Positions 8,018-15,081 of a stretch of DNA of 24,480 nt are shown here, one piece after another. Numbering within the stretch: the first letter of the stretch is position 1; each line of letters starts with the position of its first letter. The stretch is from a virus, in IMG/VR virus record IMGVR_UViG_3300031760_004528, positions 1 to 24,480 of that record; one strand, 5' to 3'. The notes below the pieces were generated by a model, which saw only the letters and a program-made list of their open reading frames with translations, did not search any database and was not told the origin of the DNA. The position numbers were made by a program, and so were the translations under genes.

Positions 8018-8682
8018 TATTCCACCTTTTTACCTAATGCTCTTAAAACCTCATCGGCAAGGCTTTCACCGATACCATCAACTGCTAACAGTTTCTTCTT
8101 GTCAAGTTTCAACAAATCACGAAGATTTTTCAAATTATGCAATGCTACAATATTCTCTGCTCTTTTTTGTGATATTCTTGGTATTGAAACCAAAAAATTA
8201 TAGCAAGGGTTTCGACTCAATTTTTCAACTGGTCTGACAACCCTACGATTCGTATCATTGCACTTTTCAAACACAAACCTCATACATTGAAATGCCTCTT
8301 TATCATCCTTGAAAGTAACAACATTCGTATAAGTCAAAAGACTTGCCATTGCACTAAAGAAATGAGTCTTATGGAACTGCCTCTTGGTGTACCTTTTCCA
8401 CTCATAACAAGCAACATCAATTGATCCTACCACGAAAACGAAATGGTAAGGGAAATTGTTCGCTTGGTCTATGGTTTCCTTTTTCAATCTGCCATCGTAG
8501 ATTGATTGTATGAAGTCAATAGTGGTTTTGAACTCTATTACTGTATTGCCACAGACATAATCTCCATATTGGAGTTGGGTTTCTTCATAATCGAAACCCC
8601 AAGCGATAAATCTCCTTTCTGCATACTTTCTTCGTTCTTTGTGTTCTCTTGAGTCCATATAGATTTTCAAATCACTTGTCAA
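8017..8682 (-). CDS. ERCC4/XPF-family structure-specific endonuclease with tandem HhH
   Basis: DSRE...GDY...IEFK...DF..SI.DGRL core; C-terminal IPRIS and VDGIGE helix-hairpin-helix motifs. Confidence 0.9.
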   Translation of the reverse strand: MTSDLKIYMDSREHKERRKYAERRFIAWGFDYEETQLQYGDYVCGNTVIEFKTTIDFIQSIYDGRLKKETIDQANNFPYHFVFVVGSIDVACYEWKRYTKRQFHKTHFFSAMASLLTYTNVVTFKDDKEAFQCMRFVFEKCNDTNRRVVRPVEKLSRNPCYNFLVSIPRISQKRAENIVALHNLKNLRDLLKLDKKKLLAVDGIGESLADEVLRALGKKVE

Positions 8683-9142
8683 GTTCCACCACCTTGAACC
8701 TTACGAAGTTTCTAAATCCCTCTAAATCGAATGGGTTGTCAATGGCTTCAATGAACTCCAACTTGACATCTATTGATTCTAAAGCCTTGTTGAGAGTATT
8801 TAAATTTATAGGTGCAGTTTCGGTTTCCATATACTTTTCCACCTCATCGTTGGATAGTGTTCTGTTCTCTACGATGATGCACTTGTCTTGTCTGAAACCC
8901 ATAACCTTACGATTGTTAGTTGTTTCACCAACAATACTGAAAAGTTTATCCCAGTCAATGTTATCGCAAAATTGCTCTTCAAGTTCATCAAAGAAACTCA
9001 TCAACTCTTCAGTATCCATCCCATCTTCTTTGGCTTTCTCTCTTGCAAACCCAATGAAATCATCAAGTTTATCTTCTTTAACAAGATTGCTAATGATGTT
9101 TGAAATAAGAATGTTAGATAAGTCTTTCATAAATTCATCCAT
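8672..9142 (-). CDS. Acidic hypothetical protein
   Basis: ORF track; AGGAG RBS; tiles with neighbours. Confidence 0.75.
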   Translation of the reverse strand: MDEFMKDLSNILISNIISNLVKEDKLDDFIGFAREKAKEDGMDTEELMSFFDELEEQFCDNIDWDKLFSIVGETTNNRKVMGFRQDKCIIVENRTLSNDEVEKYMETETAPINLNTLNKALESIDVKLEFIEAIDNPFDLEGFRNFVRFKVVELDK

Positions 9143-9318
9143 TATTTTTCAACTCCTTGCAATTGTGGTATCAAGGTTTTTAAGTAAGCAGAGTATTCAT
9201 CTCTTTTCTTGCGAAGTTCTTCACCTTTTTTGTAGTCAATGTGTTCGGTTGCAAGGATCTTGTCAATGTTCTCAATATTGGAACGAACTATCCTTGCCAC
9301 TTCATTTATCGGATTCAT
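9142..9318 (-). CDS. 58-aa helical hypothetical protein
   Basis: Manual translation MNPINEVARIVRSNIENIDKILATEHIDY...GVEK*; stop overlaps the next ATG. Confidence 0.6.
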   Translation of the reverse strand: MNPINEVARIVRSNIENIDKILATEHIDYKKGEELRKKRDEYSAYLKTLIPQLQGVEK

Positions 9319-9430
9319 CTTCTATCTCCATTGGTAACAATCTGTATACTGTTCCACAATATTCACATTCTTGTTCAGTTCCATACTTGTCAGTTTCAAC
9401 GATTATTCCATTACATATAGGGCATCTCAT
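9302..9430 (-). CDS. 42-aa zinc-ribbon protein
   Basis: Manual translation MRCPICNG...ECEYCGTVY...; AGGTGA RBS; two CxxC pairs. Confidence 0.7.
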   Translation of the reverse strand: MRCPICNGIIVETDKYGTEQECEYCGTVYRLLPMEIEDESDK

Positions 9431-9567
9431 TATCTATCACCTTTAAATGTTAAGTTGTATGGGAAATATGCTCCCAATATTTCATTCATTCGTTCATCAT
9501 CTATTTTCCCATCTTTGCAACATTTGTGCAAGATGTCTAAAAATTGTTCATTAGTTAATGTAGCCAT
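9430..9567 (-). CDS. 45-aa hypothetical protein
   Basis: Manual translation MATLTNEQFLDILHKCCKDG...KGDR*; GGAG RBS; coupled stop/start. Confidence 0.55.
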   Translation of the reverse strand: MATLTNEQFLDILHKCCKDGKIDDERMNEILGAYFPYNLTFKGDR

Positions 9568-10520
9568 TGTTTTGCTCCTTGTGTTATCCAATATTCTTGT
9601 TTCGGTTGCTCTACCAATCCTTTCTTGATGAGAGTAAATATGTTTCCTTTCTCATTGCAACTTGAACTGGAGCAAAAGAAATGTGTAGGTGTTATGCAAA
9701 ATGATGGGTTTTCATCATTATGGAATGGGCAACAACACCATATAGTATTTCCATATTTCCTTACCTTTTGCAATGAGAATATGTTTTGAAACACATCTCT
9801 CAAATCAAGGTCTAATAAATCATCTTCGGTTTTCAATCGGTTACTGTATTGCAACCTTTTGGTTTCAATCTCCTCAAGTGCCTCTTTATATTTTTTATAA
9901 GCACTTCTCACTATCTTATCAGAATACATCATTGCATCCCAGTAATAATCAATATCTACATCAATATCGTGAAATTCACCTTGCTTGATATAGACTTCTT
10001 GATTGGTTTTAGGATGAGTAGAACCTATGACACGAATATTGCCATCAAGACTTGCATTAAAATTAACTTCATCAAGACTATTCAATTTAAATGAGTCTAA
10101 CTGCAATAATTCAATAACATAATACTTAAAGAAAAGACTTGGCTCTTCAATAGGTTCGTGATTGAATAACTTGAAATTAGTAGGTGGAATCTGCACATAC
10201 AAATGATAACCCTTATTAGTGCTATCCACGATGACACAGTCAATCCCTTTCCTTTCAAGGAACTTACTGATAGTCAAGCAGTCATTCCAAGCCAACTCCT
10301 TATCATCTTCACTATCAAAATCCAGTATGATATTCCAAACAACACCATCCTTACCATACTTTGTAATGTAAAGATCAGAGTCTTTAGGTTGATTTTCAAC
10401 TAATCTTTCAAGTTGATCCACACTTTTTATCCTAACTCTTCTTGCATTACGATTACGATTACGATAAACAGTAGTAAGGTAGTGTTGCTTATCTTCAAAG
10501 ATTTCTAAAGTTCTCATCAT
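9555..10520 (-). CDS. Archaeo-eukaryotic primase (AEP) with C-terminal CHC2 zinc finger
   Basis: LDFD (DxD), KGYHLY, RVIGSTHPKT; C-terminal CPFHNDENPSF...C...C. Confidence 0.85.
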   Translation of the reverse strand: MMRTLEIFEDKQHYLTTVYRNRNRNARRVRIKSVDQLERLVENQPKDSDLYITKYGKDGVVWNIILDFDSEDDKELAWNDCLTISKFLERKGIDCVIVDSTNKGYHLYVQIPPTNFKLFNHEPIEEPSLFFKYYVIELLQLDSFKLNSLDEVNFNASLDGNIRVIGSTHPKTNQEVYIKQGEFHDIDVDIDYYWDAMMYSDKIVRSAYKKYKEALEEIETKRLQYSNRLKTEDDLLDLDLRDVFQNIFSLQKVRKYGNTIWCCCPFHNDENPSFCITPTHFFCSSSSCNEKGNIFTLIKKGLVEQPKQEYWITQGAKQWLH

Positions 10521-10645
10521 AAAACCTCTTCAAACTTGGATTATGGGATAGGTTCTCTTCCAATCGCTCATCGAAAGGTTTACTTCCATCCCAATCATAA
10601 CTTGCAATAATTACCTTTTTCAGTTCCTTACATTTCTCTGAAAAA

Positions 10646-10972
10646 TCAATTTTTATCACCTACTTGAAAAACGATGTAAAATTCATCAACTATATAATTA
10701 CCCTCACACCATTCCATTTGTATATCTACATCAGAAATATCATTTATTTCATTTACATAGTCAGTTTCAGTATTATTTTCTTGTTGTAAATTGGATTTCA
10801 CGATTTCTCCATTTTTATCAATAATACTTAATCCAAAATCAATAACTGTAAAATCCCATAATTTACGAATTATGGTTGTAACATCCATCACAGTAGTTTT
10901 ATGATATTCTTTTAAAGATATTTTGTAGAAACATCCACAATTTTCCAATACAAAAGGTTTTCTTAAATCCAT
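10646..10972 (-). CDS. Hypothetical protein
   Basis: ORF track; AGGTGG RBS. Confidence 0.65.
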   Translation of the reverse strand: MDLRKPFVLENCGCFYKISLKEYHKTTVMDVTTIIRKLWDFTVIDFGLSIIDKNGEIVKSNLQQENNTETDYVNEINDISDVDIQMEWCEGNYIVDEFYIVFQVGDKN

Positions 10973-10984
10973 CTACTACCACCT

Positions 10985-11167
10985 TTAATAAAAGTATTCT
11001 AAAAAATGTTCATAGGATTTAACAATGTTTCTCTCTGAAACAGTTATCCTATCATCCAATTCTATAATATTAATGAAAGGATTGCTCCTTTCACTCACAA
11101 TCTTACAAGCAAGTTCCTTTGACTCAACAAAGAAACGATTGCCAAGTTCATCGCTAACTTCAAACAT
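10985..11167 (-). CDS. Hypothetical protein
   Basis: ORF track; GAGGTGA RBS. Confidence 0.65.
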   Translation of the reverse strand: MFEVSDELGNRFFVESKELACKIVSERSNPFINIIELDDRITVSERNIVKSYEHFLEYFY

Positions 11168-11168
11168 A

Positions 11169-11420
11169 TTATTTCACCTCTCCTCTAACGAAATAAATAA
11201 GATACATTTCCCTTAAATCGTATAAAATCTGTTCTACATCCATCTTTGGGAATCTTTGAAAAACCTTAATCGCTTCAACTGGAGCATTTTTCTTAATGTA
11301 AGTGTAAATGTACTTATAATCTCTATCCAAGAGTTTCACACTTACTGGGTTGCCCTCATCCTCAATCAGTATCTTCGCAGTTTCCCACACTATCCTTTCA
11401 TTGAAATCAATAACTTCCAT
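11169..11420 (-). CDS. Hypothetical protein, possibly winged-helix-like
   Basis: ORF track; start refined to MEVIDF. Confidence 0.6.
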   Translation of the reverse strand: MEVIDFNERIVWETAKILIEDEGNPVSVKLLDRDYKYIYTYIKKNAPVEAIKVFQRFPKMDVEQILYDLREMYLIYFVRGEVK

Positions 11421-11422
11421 AC

Positions 11423-13294
11423 TTATAACCATCCAAGTTCGTATATAGGGTCTGACTTCATCAATGTTTCAAAAAACAGTTCACTTTTTTTGGTAATGTG
11501 TCTGTTTTCTTCAATGAAATTTTGCAGTTCATCTTCTATTCCACGATAGTTTTTCAAGAGTAGGTCTTTGCCTTTTTCAAGATTATCTCTTGAAAAGTTT
11601 GGTTCTATCCTATTGACTTTGCTACCATCGTAGAGATGCCCATTGATTGCATATACTGGTGCTTTGTTATCTTCACCTATACAGATTAGATAGTTATTGT
11701 CATATAACTTCCTAATCTTCTGCTCAATGTCATTACGATTGGTACGATACCAACTTCTGCTACCACATTCAGATTTGAGATACCTTGTAGTGAAGAAATA
11801 CTGATGTTCATCGGTGTTCTCTGAAAGCCAATCAACATCTTTACTGCCCTCTAATGTGCCAACATTGAACTTTACTGTTTCCTCATAATTGGCAGTAGAC
11901 TTGCTATTGCCTACATTGTAGACATCGAAGTTACTGAAGATACCATTTATGAGTTTAACTTCATTCGGTAGCAAGTTGTTATTGTTATCGAAGATGGTTA
12001 GTGCAGTCCTTACATCTTGCTTACTTGCCAATAGTAGTGGATGTTTCTCACCATACTCTTCGTGATAAACACACTTACCCTTGTTAAGTGTACAACTCAA
12101 TTTCAAGATAGAATTGAACTCATCAACCTTACGATTGAAGTCATCAATAGTTCCGATGTATTCAACTATGTCATACATATAAAGGTCAAACATATCCACA
12201 TCGGTTTTTTCATTTGCAAGGAAATGAACTAATCCTTGAACACTCTCTGTATCCATTTCAACTTGTCTAATCTCATTAGCATATGAACCTTGATTATTCA
12301 TAATTGATTTGAAAGTTACCAAGTCCATAGGGTCTACGAATGGTGGAGTAATGATGATTGACCTACTCTTCTCTTGCTCATTTATTATATCTTCGTGAGC
12401 AGTAGTGTAAGCCAAACAAGGATAACCCTTAACCCATTGCTCTTCAGTAACATTTTCATTACTGTTATCCACTACACCTCTTTCAATATAACCATCAGTA
12501 GAGAGTTGTTTCAGTAAATCTCTCATATCAATTGTGTTCTGATCTGAGTTCGATCCTCCCAAATCTCCTATATAAAAAATGTGTCCAGTAAGGTCTTGGT
12601 GATTGTATTTCCTAAAGAAATAAGCCACACTTTTAGCACCATAATGAACTCTCTCTTGTGGTATGAATTTCAAGGCAGTTTCAATGATATGGGATTTACC
12701 ACTTGCTTGAGAACCAACTGCGATTACATTAGTTCCCTTGTAGCCAAGATAGGTTTGCAAGAAACCGAAGAAAGCCCTTAACACTTCAATGGTTAATCCA
12801 ACACCTAACCCATCACATATTTTAGTAATGAACTCCAATGGGGTAAAACCTAACTCAATACATCGCTTACTGAATTGTTGATATAATGGTGGGTATTTCC
12901 TACCCATTTGGATAAGTTGCTTGATTTCATCAATCTCCAACTGCTCATCATTAGCGATTTGCTTGGCTTCTTGAAAATTACCACAAACATTGCTACGAAG
13001 AGTTTCAAGGTCAGACAATATCCTTTCAATATATTCTACCTTGTATTCATCAGATGACATTCCAAGACTTGACTCATCTTGTCGCATAAGTTCCAAGATG
13101 TCATCGTGTCGGATTTTCTTTTCCAAGTATTGTATGACTTTTTTCCCACTATTCTGCTTACTGAAAGAGGTTATCTGCTTATCTGAAGAAAACAATATGT
13201 CAGTTCGCTTACCACGAATAGTAAGAATATCATACTTTTTGGCAGAAGTTGGTTTAATATCCATTTGAAGATGTTCTGTAACTTTAACTGCCAT
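11423..13294 (-). CDS. P-loop NTPase, probable replicative helicase (AAA+/MCM-like, primase-associated)
   Basis: Walker A GSQASGKS, hydrophobic Walker-B-like FYIGD, LKQLSTDG, and SR arginine-finger-like motif; neighbours the primase. Confidence 0.75.
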   Translation of the reverse strand: MAVKVTEHLQMDIKPTSAKKYDILTIRGKRTDILFSSDKQITSFSKQNSGKKVIQYLEKKIRHDDILELMRQDESSLGMSSDEYKVEYIERILSDLETLRSNVCGNFQEAKQIANDEQLEIDEIKQLIQMGRKYPPLYQQFSKRCIELGFTPLEFITKICDGLGVGLTIEVLRAFFGFLQTYLGYKGTNVIAVGSQASGKSHIIETALKFIPQERVHYGAKSVAYFFRKYNHQDLTGHIFYIGDLGGSNSDQNTIDMRDLLKQLSTDGYIERGVVDNSNENVTEEQWVKGYPCLAYTTAHEDIINEQEKSRSIIITPPFVDPMDLVTFKSIMNNQGSYANEIRQVEMDTESVQGLVHFLANEKTDVDMFDLYMYDIVEYIGTIDDFNRKVDEFNSILKLSCTLNKGKCVYHEEYGEKHPLLLASKQDVRTALTIFDNNNNLLPNEVKLINGIFSNFDVYNVGNSKSTANYEETVKFNVGTLEGSKDVDWLSENTDEHQYFFTTRYLKSECGSRSWYRTNRNDIEQKIRKLYDNNYLICIGEDNKAPVYAINGHLYDGSKVNRIEPNFSRDNLEKGKDLLLKNYRGIEDELQNFIEENRHITKKSELFFETLMKSDPIYELGWL

Positions 13295-13306
13295 AAGTTA
13301 TCACCT

Positions 13307-13347
13307 AAAAAAAAAGCAAAGAACCTCTGAAATTAGAGATTCTTTGC
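13307..13347 (-). terminator. Stem-loop plus U9 terminator-like element at the end of the SSB-like gene
   Basis: Minus strand GCAAAGAATCTCT-AATTTC-AGAGGTTCTTTGC followed by 9 T; one G-U pair is possible only on the minus strand. Confidence 0.65.
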
Positions 13348-13887
13348 AATAGGGTACATTTTACCATTCTTGTTTACACCACAAAAGATATGGGCTTCGT
13401 ATCCCTCAAGGGCTTCTTCAAGTTCCTCAACAGTAAACTTGATCCCACCAGTAAAATCGGATGGTAACTCACCACTTGAAATAAATACTGGTCTTACAAA
13501 CTCTGCCAATGCAGAATTTCCACCACATACAAGCACATTTTCCTCTTCCTTATCGTGATTGCAGAAAAGGAAAAAGGTAACTTCTTGAGCATCATCGATA
13601 ATCTCAATTTCTTCAACTTCATTACCAAGATTATCTTCAGTCATTACAACTTGCCCATCATCATCAAGTTTCCTTGCACGACATTTTGGCATATCATCAA
13701 GGATTGACATTTTCAAGGTAAATAAGGTATACTTACCGAATTGACCCTCTTTCTCACTAATGTACACTTTTTCTACACCACAATGAACACCAGTTTTCTT
13801 ATGCCAACTTTTGACAGAAGATAAAAAGGTATTCATTGTTACTCTATCTTCATCGAATGAAGATTTTTCTTCTAACATTTCTACCAT
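13333..13887 (-). CDS. Acidic protein, putative ssDNA-binding/annealing protein
   Basis: Acidic, beta-rich pattern with aromatics; first gene of the replication module; GAGGTGA RBS supports the MVEML start. Function inferred from context. Confidence 0.55.
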   Translation of the reverse strand: MVEMLEEKSSFDEDRVTMNTFLSSVKSWHKKTGVHCGVEKVYISEKEGQFGKYTLFTLKMSILDDMPKCRARKLDDDGQVVMTEDNLGNEVEEIEIIDDAQEVTFFLFCNHDKEEENVLVCGGNSALAEFVRPVFISSGELPSDFTGGIKFTVEELEEALEGYEAHIFCGVNKNGKMYPIAKNL

Positions 13888-13949
13888 TTTTTTCACCTCT
13901 TGAATAAATGTATAATTGTAATCATAGGCAAGACTAATTTAACCTATGA

Positions 13950-14003
13950 TGGATAAGGCATAAAGGAATCGAACCCTTACAAATGGAACACCAGTTTGCC
14001 TTA
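13950..14003 (-). ncRNA. tRNA-like element t1 (anticodon-less, encoded CCA)
   Basis: Minus strand TAAGGCA-AACTGGTGTTCCATTTG-TAAGGG-TTCGATT-CCTTTA-TGCCTTA-T-CCA: 7-bp acceptor, 6-bp T stem, canonical T-loop. Confidence 0.8.
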
Positions 14004-14040
14004 CAAGGTTGATATTATGAATAGATTTAGAACAAAACTG

Positions 14041-14079
14041 TTCAAGGATGGGGAAAATAAGCAAAAACCCATCCTTAAA
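14041..14079 (-). repeat. Stem-loop abutting the 3' end of t2
   Basis: AAGGATGGG (14044-14052) / CCCATCCTT (14068-14076); extends to 12 bp with a G-U pair on the minus strand. Confidence 0.7.
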
Positions 14080-14129
14080 GTGCTTGGGTAGGAGTTGCAC
14101 CTACTGGATCAACTGTCTTGACCAAGCAC
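14080..14129 (-). ncRNA. tRNA-like element t2 (anticodon-less)
   Basis: Minus strand GTGCTTGG-TCAAGACAGTTGATCCA-GTAGG-TGCAACT-CCTAC-CCAAGCAC: 7-8-bp acceptor, 5-bp T stem, 7-nt T-loop. Confidence 0.75.
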
Positions 14130-14165
14130 GAGAGGTCTAAATTATGAAGTGCCACTACAATTTCA

Positions 14166-14296
14166 GTTGGGTAGTGGTAGCAGTAACTCCTTTAAAAATT
14201 TTAAAAGGGGAATAATTGATTTATATGAGTAATTTGGGGTGATTTAACAATATGAACAAAGATTCGTGTTTGGAGTTACTGCTACCACTATCCAAC
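14166..14296. repeat. 25-bp inverted repeat enclosing an 81-nt AT-rich loop
   Basis: GTTGGGTAGTGGTAGCAGTAACTCC (14166-14190) versus GGAGTTACTGCTACCACTATCCAAC (14272-14296); one mismatch. Confidence 0.9.
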
Positions 14297-14307
14297 CAAA
14301 TGGTTGG

Positions 14308-14403
14308 TGATAAGGTTCGGATAATAAAATAATTAATCTTTTTAGTCAATTTCTGCATTATTTTAATAATTCCAATTATGATTACTCATACGAAACCTTA
14401 TCA
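14308..14403. repeat. Inverted repeat enclosing an AT-rich loop
   Basis: TGATAAGGTT-CG versus CGAAACCTTATCA (10 perfect pairs, a bulge, then 2 pairs). Confidence 0.7.
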
Positions 14404-14522
14404 AGAGTATTCATTATAGAAAATTATCAATTCTCATATAGTTTTCATATGTATTCTATAATATGGTAGTTTAATGGTGTTCTCCACCACTACCACTTTT
14501 CCAGTCAAAATGACCAGTCATC

Positions 14523-14595
14523 CAGTTGCAATTAATCAAATCGAAAGTTAATCTATATGTCATAATCACATTAATTATCTAAAAGATTGCAACTG
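14523..14595. repeat. 10-bp inverted repeat enclosing a 53-nt AT-rich loop, directly 3' of t3
   Basis: CAGTTGCAAT (14523-14532) / ATTGCAACTG (14586-14595). Confidence 0.75.
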
Positions 14596-14598
14596 AAA

Positions 14599-14667
14599 GC
14601 CATTGGCAAGTGTCGAAACTTGCAGTTGGAAAAAAATGTAAAAGCCAACTTGCCAACCATCAATGGC
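14599..14667 (-). ncRNA. tRNA-like element t3 (aberrant U-rich anticodon-position arm)
   Basis: Minus strand GCCATTG-ATGGTTGGCA-AGTTGG-CTTTTACATTTTTTT-CCAACT-GCAAGT-TTCGAC-ACTTGC-CAATGGC. Confidence 0.7.
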
Positions 14668-14749
14668 AACCATTTCTCTATTATCTCCCACTAATAACAC
14701 CTTTAATATAAGAACCAATGATGAATGGTTAAATTATCATTGATCCAAT

Positions 14750-14795
14750 GAGCGATGGTGGGAATCGAACCCACCGACATCACCAGTTATCGCTC
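14750..14795 (-). ncRNA. tRNA-like element t4 (anticodon-less, 46 nt)
   Basis: Minus strand GAGCGAT-AACTGGTGATGTC-GGTGGG-TTCGATT-CCCACC-ATCGCTC: perfect 7-bp acceptor, 6-bp T stem, canonical T-loop. Confidence 0.82.
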
Positions 14796-14830
14796 TGATT
14801 TGATTAATTATGGAGGAAATCTAATTGACA

Positions 14831-14962
14831 TTAGATTGTAAAAATTGTTACTAAAAATAAAAATGATATGCACCAAACCAATGAAACACAAGTTACAATT
14901 TTAATATCTCTCTTGCGAATCTTGGTGGCATTATCTCTTTGTGGGTATAATGACTTTGGCAT
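14831..14962 (-). CDS. 43-aa membrane micropeptide
   Basis: Manual translation MPKSLYPQRDNATKIRKRDIKIVTCVSLVWCISFLFLVTIFTI*; coupled to the upstream stop (TAATG). Confidence 0.55.
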   Translation of the reverse strand: MPKSLYPQRDNATKIRKRDIKIVTCVSLVWCISFLFLVTIFTI

Positions 14963-15081
14963 TATTTACCACCTTTGTAATCCTTTCTTTGAAGTTTTAA
15001 AATTTGTACAAAGGCTCTGTACTCTTGTGGAGTCATATCGACTCTCACGAATTTGTTAGAAATAGTTTTATCAACTTTCAT
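14962..15081 (-). CDS. 39-aa basic protein, first ORF of the leftward early transcript
   Basis: Manual translation MKVDKTISNKFVRVDMTPQEYRAFVQILKLQRKDYKGGK*; AAGGAGAGTGA RBS. Confidence 0.6.
   Translation of the reverse strand: MKVDKTISNKFVRVDMTPQEYRAFVQILKLQRKDYKGGK

Noticed and set aside
3071-8682. Restriction-modification system
   Set aside because: No cognate restriction endonuclease; the only nuclease is ERCC4-type, which is structure-specific.
8649-9446. 265-aa plus-strand ORF and other plus-strand ORFs in the track
   Set aside because: Antisense shadows of well-supported minus-strand genes; Ser/Leu/Ile/Phe-rich with no RBS or motifs.
10495-10659. Possible 54-aa GTG-start ORF between the primase and upstream gene
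   Set aside because: Weak RBS, overlap at both ends and no motif; not supportable.
13950-14795. Calling the four elements ordinary tRNA genes
   Set aside because: They are 46-69 nt with no D stem and no 7-nt anticodon loop, so no amino-acid identity can be assigned.
13950-14795. tRNA-derived attP/attR cores
   Set aside because: An att core keeps only the 3' part of a host tRNA. Here each element has its own complementary 5' acceptor strand, there are four different ones, and they lie ~1 kb from the integrase.
14868-15059. 63-aa plus-strand ORF
   Set aside because: Antisense to two RBS-supported, coupled minus-strand ORFs; no support of its own.
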